A stretch of 64,000 nt of DNA from Eledone cirrhosa (lineage: Eukaryota): contig OZ024743.1 in assembly GCA_964016885.1 (NCBI GenBank), positions 46,934,001 to 46,998,000 on the forward strand. The letters run 5' to 3'. The translations under genes and the position numbers were made by a program. The notes beneath the pieces are model-generated. The model saw nothing but the letters and a program-made list of their open reading frames with translations. It was not told the DNA's origin and did not search any database. This document shows, in pieces, positions 10,363-28,000 of this stretch (position 1 is its first letter; each line of letters opens with the position of its first letter).

Positions 10363-12795
10363 GGTGGTGGTTATAGTAGTGGTAGTGGTGGTGGTAGTGG
10401 TAGTAGTAGTGGTGATAGTAGTGATAATGGTAGTGGTAGTGGTGGTGGTAGTGGTGGTGGTAGTAGTGGTGGTGGTAGTGGTGGTAGTGGTGGTGGTAGT
10501 GGTGGTAGTGGTGATGGTAGTGGTTTGGTAGTGGTGGTGGTGATGGTAGTGGTAGTGGTGGTGGTAGTGGTAGTAGTAGTGGTGATAGTAGTGATAATGG
10601 TAGTGGTAGTGGTGGTGGTAGTGGTGGTGGTAGTAGTGGTGGTGGTAGTGGTGGTAGTGGTGGTGGTAGTGGTGGTAGTGGTGATGGTAGTAGTGGTGGT
10701 GGTGATGATAGTGGTGGTGGTAGTGGGTTGGTAGTGGTGGTGGTGATGGTAGTGGTGGTGGTAGTGGTGATGGTAGTGGTGGTGGTAGTAGTGGTAGTGG
10801 TGATGATAGTGGTAGTGGTGGTGGTTGGGGTGATGGTAGTGGTAGTGGTGGTGGTAGTAGTGGTGGTAGTGGTGGTGGTAGTGGTGGTGGTGGTGATGAT
10901 AGTGGTGGTGGTAGTGGTTTGGTAGTGGTGGTGGTAATGGTAGTGGTGGTGGTAGTAGTGGTGGTGGTAGTAGTGGTAGTGGTGATGATAGTGGTGGTGG
11001 TAGTGGATGGTGGTGGTGGTGATGGTAGTGGTAGTGGTGATGGTAGTGGTAGTGGTGGTGGTAGTGGTAGTGGTAGTGGTAGTAGTAGTGGTGATCGTAG
11101 CGGTGATGGTAGTGGTGGTAGTAGTGGTAGTGGTGGTGGTTATGGTAGTTGTTATGGCAGTGGTAGTGGTAGTGGTGATGGTAGTGGTGGTGGTAGTGGT
11201 AGTGGTGGTGGTTATGGTAGTTGTTATGGCAGTGGTAGTGGTAGTGGTGATGGTAGTGGTGGTGGTAGTGGTAGTGGTGGTGGTTATGGTAGTTGTTATG
11301 GCAGTGGTAGTGGTAGTGGTGATGGTAGTGGTGGTAGTGAAGGTAGTTGTGATGGTAGTGCTAGTGGTAGTGGTGGAGGTAGTATTGGAGGTAGTGGTGG
11401 TGGTTATGGTAGAGGTAGTGGTAGTGGTGATGGTAGTGGTGGTAGTATTAGTGATGGTAGTGGTGGTGGTAGTGATGGTGGTGGTAGTGATGGTAGTTGT
11501 GGTGGTAGTGATGGTGGTGGTAGTGGTAGTGATGGGAGTGGTGGTGGTAGTGGTAGTGGTGGTAGTGGTAGTGATAGTAGTGGTGATGGTAGTGATGGTG
11601 GTGGTAGTGATGGTAGTGGTGGTGGTGGTGGTGGTAGTGGTAGTGGTAGTGGTAGTGGTGGTGGTAATGGTAGTGATGGTAGTGGTAGTTGTGGTAGTGT
11701 TAGTGATGGTGCTGGTGGTGGTAGTGATGGTGGTGGTGGTGGTAGTGGCAGTGATGGTAGTGGTGATGGTGGTGGTAGTGATGGTGGTGATAGTGGTAGT
11801 GATGGTGGTGGTGGTAGTGGTAGTGGTAGTGGTGGTGGTGGTGGTGGTAGTGATGGTGGGGGTAGTGGTAGTGATGGTGATGGTAGTGGTGATGGTGGTG
11901 GTAGTGATGGTGGTGGTAGTGATGGTGGTGATAGTGGTAGTGATGGTGGTGGTGGTAGTGGTAGTGGTAGTGATGGTGGTGGTAGTGATGGTGGGGGTAG
12001 TGGTAGTGATGGTGATGGTAGTGATTGTAGTGGTGATGGTGGTGGTAGTGATGGTGGTGGTAGTGATGGTGGTGATAGTGGTAGTGATGGTGGTGGTAGT
12101 GGTAGTGGTAGTGATGCTGGTGGTAGTGGTAGTGGTAGTGATGGTGGTGGTAGTGGTGGTGGTGATAGTGGTGGTGGCAGTTGTAGTGGTGGTGGTGATG
12201 GTAGTGATCGTAATGGTAGTGATGATGGTGGTAGTGATGGTGGTGGTAGTGGTGGTAGTGGTGGTGGTAGTGGTGGTGGTGGTGGTAGTGGTGGTGGTGG
12301 TAGTGGTGGTGTTGGTAGTGGTGGTGGTGGTGGTGGTAGTGTTGGTGGTGGTAGTAGTGGTGGTGGTGTTGGTGGTAGTGGTGGTGGTAGTGGTGGTGGT
12401 GGTGGTAGTGGTGGTGGTGGTAGTGGTGGTGTTGGTAGTGGTGGTGGTGGTAGTGGTGGTGTTGGTGGTGGTAGTAGTGGTGGTGGTGTTGGTGGTAGTG
12501 GTGGTGGTAGTGGTGGTGGTGGTGGTAGTGGTGGTGGTGGTAGTGGTGGTGTTGGTAGTGGTGGTGGTGGTAGTGGTGGTGTTGGTGGTGGTAGTAGTGG
12601 TGGTGGTGTTGGTGGTAGTGGTGGTGGTGGTGGTGGTGGTAGTGGTGGTGGTGGTGGTAGTGGTGGTGTTGGTATTGGTGGTGGTGGTAGTGGTGGTGTT
12701 GGTGGTGGTAGTAGTGGTGGTGGTGTTGGTGGTAGTGGTGGTGGTGGTGGTGGTGGTAGTGGTGGTGGTGGTAGTGGTGGTGGTGGTGGTGGTAG
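10363..12795. repeat. Compound (GGT/AGT/GAT)n array with 72-bp and 120-bp higher-order units
   Basis: GGTTATGGTAGTTGTTATGGC recurs three times at 72-bp spacing (~11138-11300); 120-bp periodicity at ~12250-12730. Confidence 0.95.
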
Positions 12796-12902
12796 CGAAG
12801 GTGTTAGTGATGATGACAAAAATGACGATGTTTATGACGACGATGAACGTTTTTATTATAAGGATTAACTCTCAATATTTAATGCTACCTAAATAGACAT
12901 AA

Positions 12903-13002
12903 CTGTTTCTACTTTGGGCACAAGGCCAGCAATAAACCCAGTGTATTACCGGTACTTTATTTTATTGACCTCGTAAGGATGAAAGGCAAAGTTAACCTCG
13001 GC
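12903..13002 (-). mobile_element. SINE family 1, 5'-truncated, abutting the minisatellite
   Basis: Same body as 10051-10150. Confidence 0.85.
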
Positions 13003-13011
13003 AATGGCTGT

Positions 13012-16000
13012 TATACACTCTCACACATACACTCTCACACATACACACTCACACAGTACAGACTCATACACTCTCACACAGAGTACAGACTCATACACTC
13101 TCACACACACACAGTACAGACTCATACACACTCACACACACACAGTACAGACACATACACTCTCACACACAGTACAGACTCATACACACTCACACACACA
13201 CAGTACAGACACATACACTCTTACACACACACAGTACAGAGTCATACACTCTCACACACACACAGTACAGACTCATACACTCTCACACACACACAGTACA
13301 GACTCATACACTCTCACACACACACAGTACAGACACATACACTCTCACACACACACAGTACAGACTCATACACTCTCACACACACACAGTACAGACACAT
13401 ACACTCTCACACACACACAGTACAGACTCATACACTCTCACACACACACAGTACAGACACATACACTCTCACACACACACAGTACAGACTCATACACTCT
13501 CACACACACACAGTACAGACACATACACTCTCACACACACACAGTACAGACACATACACTCACACACACTCACACACACACAGTACAGACCCATACACGC
13601 TCACACACACACAGTACAGACACATACACTCTCACACACACACAGTACAGACTCATACACACTCACAGACACACAGTACAGACACATACACTCTCACACA
13701 CACACAGTAAAGACTCATACATACTCACAGACACACACTACAGACACATACACTCTCACACACAAACAGTAAAGACACATACATTCTCACACACACACAA
13801 TACAGACACATACACTCTCACACACTCACAGTACAGACACATACACTCTCACACACACACAGTAAAGACTCATACACACTCACAGACACACAGTACAGAC
13901 ACATACACTCTCACAGACACACAGTAAAGACTCATACACTCTCACACACACACAGTACAGTCACATACACTCTCACACACCCACAGTAAAGACTCATACA
14001 TTCTCACACACACACAGTACAGACTCATACACTCTCACACACACACAGTAAAGACTCATACATTCTCACACACACACAGTAGAGACTCATACACACTCAC
14101 ACACACACAGTACAGACTCATACACTCTCACACACACACAGTACAGACTCATACACACTCACATACACACAGTACAGACTCATACACTCTCACACACACA
14201 CAGTAAAGACTCATACATTCTCACACACACAGAGTACAGACTCATACACTCTCACATACACACAGTACAGACTCATACACTCTCACACACACACAGTACA
14301 GACTCATACACTCTCACACACACACACAGTACAGACTCATACACTCTCACACACAGTACAGACTCATACACTCTCACACACACACAGTACAGACTCATAC
14401 ACTCTCTCACACACACACACACACAGTACAGACTCATACACACTCACACACACACAGTACAGACTCATACACTCTTACACACACAGAGTACAGACACATA
14501 CACTCTCACACACAGTACAGACTCATACACTCTCACACACACACAGTACAGACTCATACACTCTCACACACACACAGTACAGACTCATACACTCTCTCAC
14601 ACACACAGTACAGACTCATACAATCTCACACACAGTACAGACTCATACACTCTCACACACACACAGTACAGACTCATACACTCTCTCACACACATAGTAC
14701 AGACTCATACACTCTCACACACACACAGTACAGACTCATACATTGTCACACACACACAGTACAGTCACATACACCCTCACACACACACAGTACAGACTCA
14801 TACACACTCACACACACACAGTACAGACTCAAACACACTCACACACACACAGTACAGACTCATATACACTCACACACACACAGTACAGACTCATACGCTC
14901 TCACACACACACAGTACAGACACATACACTCTCACACACACACAGTACAGACTCATACATTCTGACACACACACAGTACAAACTCCTACACTCTCACACA
15001 CACAAAGTACAGACTCATACACTCTCACACACACAGAAGTACAGACACATACACTCTCACACACACACAGTACAGACACATACACTCTCACACACACACG
15101 GTACAGACACATACACACTCACACACACACAGTACAGACTCATACACACTCACACACACACAGTACAGACTCATACACACTCACACACACACAGTACAGA
15201 CTCATATACACTCACACACACACAGTACAGACTCATACGCTCTCACACACACACAGTACAGACACATACACTCTCACACACACACAGTACAGACTCATAC
15301 ATTCTGACACACACACAGTAGAGACTCATACACACTCACACACACACAGTACAGACACATACACACTCACACACACACAGTACAGACTCATACACACTCA
15401 CACACACACAGTACAGACTCCTACACTCTCACACACACAAAGTACAGACTCATACACTCTCACACACACAGAAGTACAGACACATACACTCTCACACACA
15501 CACAGTACAGACACATACACTCTCACACACACACGGTACAGACACATACATTCTCACACACACACAGTACAGACACATACACTCCCACACACACACAGTA
15601 CAGACACATACACACTCACTCACACACAGTACAGACTCATACACTCTCACACACACACAGTACAGACTCATACACTCTCACACACACACAGTAGAGACTC
15701 ACACACTCTCACACACACACAGTACAGACTCATACACTCTCACACACACAAAGTACAGACACATACATTCTCACACACACACAGTACAGACTCATACACT
15801 CTCACACACACAAAGTACAGACTCATACATTCTCACACACACACAGTACAGACTCATACACTCTCACACACACAAAGTACAGACACATACACTCTCACAC
15901 ACAGTACAGACTCATACATTCTAACACACAGTACAAACACATACACCCTCACACACACACAGTACAGACACATACACACTCACTCACACACAGTACAGAC

Positions 16001-19000
16001 TCATACACTCTCACACACACACAGTACAGACACATACACTCTCACACACACAAAGTACAGACTCATACACTCTCACACACACAAAGTAGAGACACATACA
16101 CTCTCACACACAGTACAGACACATACATTCTCACACACACACAGTACAGACACATACCCTCTCACACACACACAGTACAGAGTCACACACGCTCTCACAC
16201 ACACAGTACAGACTCACACATGCTCACACACACACAGTACAGACTCATACACTCTCACACACACAAAGTATAGACACATACACTCTGACACACAGTACAG
16301 ACTCACATACTCTCACACACACACAGTACAGAGACATACACTCTCACACACACACAGTACAGACTCATACACTCTCACACACACACAGTACAGACTCATA
16401 CACTCTCACACACACACAGTACAGACTCATACACTCTCACACACACACTGTACAGACTCATACACTCACACACACACACAGTACAGAGACATACACTCTC
16501 ACACACACACAGTACAGACTCATACACTCTCACACACACACAGTACAGACTCATACACTCTCACACACACACAGTACAGACTCATACACTCTCACACACA
16601 CACAGTACAGACTCATACACTCTCACACACACACAGTACAGACTCATACACTCTCACACACACACAGTAGAGCCTCATACACTCTCACACACACACAGTA
16701 GAGACTCATACACTCTCACACACACACAGTACAGTCACACACGCTCACACACACACAGTAGAGACACATACACTCTCACTCACACACAGTACACACTCAT
16801 ACACTCTCACATACACACAGTACAGACTAATACATTCTCACCCACACACAGTACAGAGACATACACTCTCACACACACACAGTACAGACACACACATGCT
16901 CATACACACACAGTACAGACACATACACTCTCACACACACACAGTACAGACTCATACACTCTCACACACACACAGTACAGACTCATACATTCTCACACAC
17001 ACACAGTACAGACACATACACTCTCACACACAGTACAGACTCACATACTCTCACACACACACAGTACAGACACATACACTCTCACACACACACAGTACAG
17101 AGTCACACACGCTCACACACACACAGTACAGACTCATACATTCTCACACACACACAGTACAGAGACATACACTCTCACACACACACAGTACAGATTCACA
17201 CATGCTCACACACACACAGTACAGACACATACATTCTCACACACACACAGTACAGACTCATACACTCTCTCACACACAGTACAGACTCATACATTCTCAC
17301 ACACACACAGCACAGACTCATACACTCTCACACACACACAGTACAGACTCATACATCTCTCACACACACACAGTACAGACTCATACATTCTCACACACAC
17401 ACAGTACAGACACATACACTCTCACACACACACAGTACAGACTCATACATTCTAACACACTCACAGTACAGACTCATACATTCTCACACACACACAGTAC
17501 AAACTCATACACTCTCACACACACACAGTACAGACTCATACATTCTCACACACAGTACAAACACATACACCCTCACACACACACAGTACAGACACATACA
17601 CACTCACTCACACACAGTACAGACTCATACACTCTCACACACACAAAGTACAGACACATACATTCTCACACACACACAGTACAGACTCATACACTCTCAC
17701 ACACACAAAGTATAGACACATACACTCTGACACACAGTACAGACTCACATACTCTCTCACACACACAGTACAGAGACATACACTCTCACACACACACAGT
17801 ACAGACTCATACACTCTCACACACACACAGTACAGACTCATACACTCTCACACACACACAGTACAGACTCATACACTCTCACACACACACTGTACAGACT
17901 CATACACTCACACAGACACACAGTACAGAGACATACACTCTCACACACACACAGTACAGACTCATACACTCTCACACACACACAGTACAGACTCATACAC
18001 TCTCACACACACACAGTACAGACTCATACACTCTCACACACACACAGTACAGACTCATACACTCTCACACACACACAGTACAGACTCATACACTCTCACA
18101 CACACACAGTAGAGCCTCATACACTCTCACACACACACAGTAGAGACTCATACACTCTCACACACACACAGTACAGTCACACACGCTCACACACACACAG
18201 TAGAGACACATACACTCTCACTCACACACAGTACACACTCATACACTCTCACATACACACAGTACAGACTAATACATTCTCACCCACACACAGTACAGAG
18301 ACATACACTCTCATACACACACAGTACAGACACACACATGCTCATACACACACAGTACAGACACATACACTCTCACACACACACAGTACAGACTCATACA
18401 CTCTCACACACACACAGTACAGACTCATACATTCTCACACACACACAGTACAGACACATACACTCTCACACACAGTACAGACTCACATACTCTCACACAC
18501 ACACAGTACAGACACATACACTCTCACACACACACAGTACAGAGTCACACACGCTCACACACACACAGTACAGACTCATACATTCTCACACACACACAGT
18601 ACAGAGACATACACTCTCACACACACACAGTACAGATTCACACATGCTCACACACACACAGTACAGACACATACATTCTCACACACACACAGTACAGACT
18701 CATACACTCTCTCACACACAGTACAGACTCATACACTCTCACACACACACAGTACAGACTCATACATCTCTCACACACACACAGTACAGACTCATACATT
18801 CTCACACACACACAGTACAGACTCATACATTCTCACACACACACAGTACAGACTCATACACTCTCACACACACACAGTACAGACTCATACATTCTCACAC
18901 ACACACAGTACAGACTCATACACTCTCACACACACACAGTACAGACTCATACATTCTCTCACACACACACAGTACAGACACATACACTCTCACACACACA

Positions 19001-22000
19001 CAGTACAGACTCATACATTCTCACACACACACAGTACAGACACATACACTCTCACACACACACAGTACAGACTCATACATTCTAACACACTCACAGTACA
19101 GACTCATACATTCTCACACACACACAGTACAGACTCATACACTCTCACACACACACAGTACAGACTCATACACTCTCACACACAGTACAGACTCATACAC
19201 TCTCACACACAGTACAGACTCATACATTCTCACACACACACAGTACAGACACATACACTCTCACACACACACAGTACAGACACATACACTCTCACACACA
19301 GTACAGACTCATACATTCTCACACACACACAGTACAGACTCATACACTCTCACACACAGTACAGACTCATACACTCTCACACACAGTACAGACTCATACA
19401 TTCTCACACACACACAGTACAGACACATACACTCTCACACACAGTACAGACTCATACATTCTCACACACACACAGTACAGACTCATACACTCTCACACAC
19501 AGTACAGACTCATACATTCTCACACACACACAGTACAGACTCATACATTCTCACACACACACAGTACAAACTCATACACTCTCACACACACAGAGTACAG
19601 ACTCATACACTCTCACGCACACACAGTACAGTCTCATACATTCTCACACACACACAGTACAGACTCATACACTCTCACTCCCACACAGTACAGACACATA
19701 CACTCTCACACACACACAGTACAGACTCATACATTCTCACACACACACAGTACAGTCTCATACATTCTCACACACACACAGTACAGACTCATACATTCTC
19801 ACACACACACAGTACAGACACATACATTCTCACACACACACAGTACAGACTCATACACTCTCACGCACACACAGTACAGACTCATACATTCTCACACACA
19901 CACAGTACAGACACATACACACTCACACACACACAGTACAGACTCATACATTCTCACACACACACAGTACAGACACATACATTCTCACACACACACAGTA
20001 CAGGATCATAAACTCTCACACACACACAGTACAGACTCATACATTCTCACACACACACGGTACAGACTCATACACTCTCACACACACACAGTACAGACAC
20101 ATACACTCTCACACACACACAGTACAGACTCACACATCCTCACACACACACAGTACAGACTCATACACTCTCACACACACACTGTACAGACTCATACACT
20201 CTCACACACACACAGTACAGACTCATACATTCTCACACACACACAGTACAGACTCATACACTCTCACACACACACAGTACAGACTCATACACTCTCACAC
20301 ACACACAGTACAGACTCATACATTCTCACACACACACAGTACAGATTCATACATTCTCACACCCACACAGTACAGACTCATACACTTTCACACACGCACA
20401 GTACAGACACATACACTCTTACACACACACAGTACAGACACATACACTCTCACACACACACAGTACAGACTCATACACACTCACACACACACAGTACAGA
20501 CACATACACTCTCACACACACACAGTACAGACTCATACACTCTTACACACAGACAGTACAGACTCATACACTCTCACACACACAGAGTACAGACACATAC
20601 ACTCTCACACACACACAGTACAGACTCATACACTCTCACACACACACAGTACAGACTCATACACCCACACACACTCACAGTACAGAGTCACACACGCTCA
20701 CACACACACAGTACAGACTCTTACACTCTCACACACACACAGTACAGACACATACACTCTCTCACACACACACAGTACAGACTCATACACTCTCACACAC
20801 AGTACAGACTCATACACACTCACACACACACAGTACATACTCATACACTCTCACACACACACAGTACAGACTCATACACACTCACACACATACAGTACAG
20901 ACTCATACACTCTCACACACAGTACAGACTCTTACACTCTCACACACACACAGTCCAGACACATACAATCTCACACACACACAGTACAGACACATACACT
21001 CTCACACACACACAGTACAGACTTATACACACTCACACACACACAGTACAGACACATACACTCTCACACACACACAGTACAGACTCATACACACTATCAC
21101 ACACAGTACAGACTCATACACACTCACACACACACAGTACAGACACATACACTCTTACACACACACAGTACAGACTCATACACACTTACACACACACAGT
21201 ACAGACACATATACTCTCACACACACATAGTACAGACACATACACTCTCACACACACAGAGTACACACTCATACACACTCACACACACACAGTACAGACT
21301 CTTACACTCTCAGACACACACAGTACAGACACATACACTCTCACACACACACAGTACAGACTCATACACTCTCACACACACACAGTACAGACTCATACAC
21401 TCTCACACACACTCAGTACAGACACATACACTCTCACACACACACACAGTACAGACTCATAGACACTCACACACACAGTACAGACTCATACACACTCAGA
21501 AACACACAGTACAGACACATACACTCTCACACACACGCAAATACAGACTCATACACTCTCACACACAGTACAGACACATACACTCTCACACATACACAGT
21601 ACAAACACATACACACTTATACACACACAGTACAGACTTATACACTCTTACACACACACAGTACAGACTCATACACTCTTACACACACACAGTACAGACT
21701 CATACACTCTTACACACACACAGTACAGACACATACACTCTCACACACACACAGTACAGACTCATACACTCTTACCCACACACAATACAGACTCTTACAC
21801 TCTCACACACAGTACAGACTCTTACACTCTCACACACACACAGTACAGACACATACACTCTCACACACACACAGTACAGACTCTTACACTCTCACACACA
21901 GTACAGACTCTTACACTCTCAGACACACACACAGTACAGACCCATACACTCTCACACACACACAGTACAGACACATACACTCTCACACACACAGAGTACA

Positions 22001-25000
22001 AACTCATACACACTCACACACACACAGTACAGACTCATACACTCTCACACACAATACAGACTCTTACACTCTCACACACACACAGTACAGACACATACAC
22101 TCTCACACACACACAGTACAGACTCATACATTCTCACACACACACAGTACAGACACATACACTCTCACACACACACAGTACAGTCACATACACTCTCACA
22201 CACACACACACAGTACAGTCACATACATTCTCACACACACACAGTACAGACTCATACACACTCACACACACACAGTACAGTCAAATACACTCTCACACAC
22301 ACACAGTACAGTCACATACACTCTCACACACACACAGTACAGTCACATACACTCTCACACTCACACAGTACAGACACATACACTCTCACACACACACAGT
22401 ACAGTCACGTACACTCTCACACACACACAGTACAGTCACATACACTCTCACACACACACAGTACAGACTCATACACACTCATACACAGTACAGACTCATA
22501 CACTCTCACACACACACAGTACAGACACATACACTCTCACACACACACAGTACAGTCACATACATTCTCACACACACACAGTACAGACTCATACACACTC
22601 ACACACACACAGTACAGTCACATACACTCCCACACACACACAGTACAGTCACATACACTCTCACACACACACAGTACAGTCATACACTCTCACTGTCACA
22701 CAGTACAGACACATACACTCTCACACACACACAGTACAGTCACATACACTCTCACACACACACAGTACAGACTCATACACACTCACACACAGTAAGCCTC
22801 ATACACTCTCACACACACACAGTACAGACACATACACTCTCACACACACACAGTACAGACTCATACACTCTCACACTCACACAGTACAGACTCATACACA
22901 CTCACACACACACAGTACAGACACATACACTCTCACACACACACAGTACAGAGACATACACTCTCCCACTCACAAAGTACAGTCACATACACTCTCACAC
23001 ACACACAGTACAGACTCATACACACTCACACACAGTAAGACTCATACACTCTCACACACACACAGTACAGACTCATACACTCTCACACACACACAGTACA
23101 GACACATACACTCTCACACACACACAGTACGGACTCATACACACTCACACACATTACAGACTCATACACTCTCACACACACACAGTACAGACACATACAC
23201 TCTCACACACACACAGTACAGACTCATACACTCTCACACTCACACAGTACAGACTCATACACACTCACACACACACAGTACAGACACATACACTCTCACA
23301 CACACACAGTACAGAGACATACACTCTCCCACTCACAAAGTACAGTCACATACACTCTCACACACACACAGTACAGACTCATACACACTCACACACAGTA
23401 AGACTCATACACTCTCACACACACACAGTACAGACTCATACACTCTCACACACACACAGTACAGACACATACACTCTCACACACACACAGTACAGACTCA
23501 TACACACTCACACACATTACAGACTCATACACTCTCACACACACACAGTACAGTCACATCCACTCTCACACACACACAGTACAGACTCATACACACTCAC
23601 ACACAGTACAGACTCATACACTCTCACACACACACAGTACAGACTCATACACACTCACACACACACAGTACAGACTCATACACTCTCACACACAGTACAG
23701 ACTCTTACACTCTCACACACACACAGTCCAGACACATACAATCTCACACACACACAGTACAGACACATACACTCTCACACACACACAGTACAGACTTATA
23801 CACACTCACACACACACAGTACAGACACATACACTCTCACACACACACAGTACAGACTCATACACACTATCACACACAGTACAGACTCATACACACTCAC
23901 ACACACACAGTACAGACACATACACTCTTACACACACACAGTACAGACTCATACACTCTTACACACACACAGTACAGACACATATACTCTCACACACACA
24001 TAGTACAGACACATACACTCTCACACACACAGAGTACAGACTCATACACACTCACACACACACAGTACAGACTCTTACACTCTCAGACACACACAGTACA
24101 GACACATACACTCTCACACACACACAGTACAGACTCATACACTCTCACACACACACAGTACAGACTCATACACTCTCACACACACTCAGTACAGACACAT
24201 ACACTCTCACACACACACACAGTACAGACTCATAGACACTCACACACACAGTACAGACTCATACACACTCAGAAACACACAGTACAGACACATACACTCT
24301 CACACACACGCAAATACAGACTCATACACTCTCACACACAGTACAGACACATACACTCTCACACATACATAGTACAAACACATACACACTTATACACACA
24401 CAGTACAGACTCATACACTCTTACACACACACAGTACAGACTCATACACTCTTACACACACACAGTACAGACTCATACACTCTTACACACACACAGTACA
24501 GACTCATACACTCCCACACACACACAGTACAGACTCATACACTCTTACACACACACAGTACAGACTCATACACTCTTATCCACACACAATACAGTCACAT
24601 ACACTCTCACACACACACAGTACAGACTCATACACACTCACACACAGTACAGACTCATACACTCTCACACACACACAATACAGACACATACACTCTCACA
24701 CACACACAGTACAGTCACATACATTCTCACACACACACAGTACAGACTCATACACACTCACACACACACACAGTACAGTCACATACACTCCCACACACAC
24801 ACAGTACAGTCACATACACTCTCACACACACAGTACAGACTCATACACACTCACACACAGTAAGACTCATAGACTCTGACACACACACAGTACAGTCACA
24901 TACACTCTCACACACACACAGTACAGACTCATACACACTCAAACACAGTACAGACTCATACACTCTCACACACACACAGTACAGACTCATAGACTCTCAC

Positions 25001-28000
25001 ACACACACAGTACAGACTCATACACACTCACACACAGTACAGACTCATACACTCTCACACACACACAGTACAGACTCATACACTCTCACACACACACAGT
25101 ACAGACTCATAGACTCTCACACACACACAGTACAGACTCATACACACACACACAGTACAGACTCATACACTCTCACACACACACAGTACAGACTCATACA
25201 CACACACACAGTACAGACTCATACACTCTCACACACACACAGTACAGACACATACACTCACACACACACAGTACAGATTCATACGCTCTCACACACACAC
25301 AGTACAGACTCATACACTCTTACACACACACAGTACAGACACATACACTCTCACACACACACAGTACAGACTCATACACTCTTACACACACACAGTACAG
25401 ACTCATACACTCTTACACACACACAGTACAGACTCATACACTCTTACACACACACAATCCAGACACATACACTCTCACACACACACAGTACAGACTCATA
25501 CACTCTCAGACACACACAGTAGAGACACATACACTCTCACACACACACAGTACAGACTCATACACTCTCACACACACACGGTACAGACACATACACTCTC
25601 ACACACACACAGTACAGACTCATACACTCTCACACACACACGGTACAGACACATACACTCTCACACACACACATTACAGACTCATACACACTCACACACA
25701 CAGTACAGACTCATACACACTCACACACACACAGTACAGACACATACACTCTTACACACACACAGTACAGACTCATACACACTCACACACACACAGTACA
25801 GTCACATACACTCTTACACACACACAGTACACACTCATACACTCTCACACACACACAGTGCAGACTCATACACTCTCACACACAGTACAGACTCATACAC
25901 ACTCACACACACACAGTACAGTCACATACACTCTCACACACACACAGTACAGACTCATACACTCTCACACACACACACACAGTACAGTCACATACACTCT
26001 CACACACAGTACAGACTCATACACTCTCACACACACACAGTACAGACTCATACACACTCACACTCACACAGTACAGACACATACACTCTCACACACACAC
26101 AGTACAGACTCATACACACTCACACACAGTAAGACTCATACACTCTCACACACACACAGTACAGACTCATACACTCTCACACACACACAGTACAGACACA
26201 TACACTCTCACACACACACAGTACAGACTCATACACACTCACACACATTACAGACTCATACACTCTCACACACACACAGTACAGTCACATCCACTCTCAC
26301 ACACACACAGTACAGACTCATACACACTCACACACAGTACAGACTCATACACTCTCACACACACACAGTACAGACTCATACACTCTCACACACACACAGT
26401 ACAGACACATACACTCTCACACACACACAGTACAGACTCATACACTCTCACACACAGTACAGACTCATACACTCTCACACACAAACAGTACAGACATACA
26501 CTCTCACACACACACAGTACAGACTCATACACTCTCACACACACACAGTACAGACACATACACTCTCACACACACACAGTACAGACTCATACGCTCTCAC
26601 ACACATTACAGACTCATACACTCTCACACACACACAGTACAGACTCATACACACTCACACACACACAGTACAGACACATACACTCTCACACACACACAGT
26701 ACAGACTCTTACACTCTCACACACACACAGTACAGACTCTTACACTCTCACACACACACAGTACAGACACATACACTCTCACACACGGTACAGACTCATA
26801 CACTCTCACACACACACAGTACAGAGTCACACACGCTCACACACACAGTACAGACTCTTACACTCTCACACACACACAGTACAGACACATACACTCTCAC
26901 ACACAGACAGTACAGACTCATACACACTCACACACACACAGTACAGAGTCACACACGCTCACACACACACAGTACAGACTCTTACACTCTCACACACACA
27001 CAGTACAGACACATACACTCTCACACACACTCAGTACAGACTCATACACTCTCACACACACACAGTACAGACTCATACACACTCCCACACACACAGTACA
27101 GACACATACACTCTCACACACACACAGTACAGACTCATACACTCTCACACACACACAGTACAGACTCATACACACTATCACACACAGTACAGACTCATAC
27201 ACACTCACACACACACAGTACAGACACATACACTCTTACACACACACAGTACAGACTCATACACTCTTACACACACACAGTACAGACACATACACTCTCA
27301 CACACACACAGTACAGACTCATACACTCTCACACACACAGAGTACAGACTCATACACACTCACACACACAACGTACAGACTCATACACTCTCACACACAC
27401 ACAGTACAGACTCTTACACTCTCAGACACACACAGTACAGACAGTTACACCCTTACACACACACAGTACAGACTCATACACTCTCACACACACACAATAC
27501 AGACTCATACACTCTCACACACACACAGTACAGACACATACACACTCACACACACACAGTACAGACACATACACTCTTACACACACACAGTACAGACACA
27601 TACACTCTTACACACACACAGTACAGACTTATACACTCTTACACACACACAGTACAGACTCATACACTCTTACACACATACAATACAGACTCTTACACTC
27701 TCACACACACACAGTACAGACTCATACACTCTCACACACACACAATACAGACACTTACACTCTCACACACACACAGTACAGACTCTTACACTCTCACACA
27801 CACACAGTACAGACACATACACTCTCACACACACACAGTACAGACACATACACTCTCACACACACACAGTACAGACTCATACACTCTCACACACACACAG
27901 TACAGAATCATACACTCTCACACACAATACAGACTCTTACACTCTCACACACACACAGTACAGACACATACACTCTCACACACACACAGTACAGACTCAT

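Noticed and set aside
10525-12896. Poly-Val and poly-Pro ORFs
   Set aside because: Alternative frames of the GGT/AGT repeat
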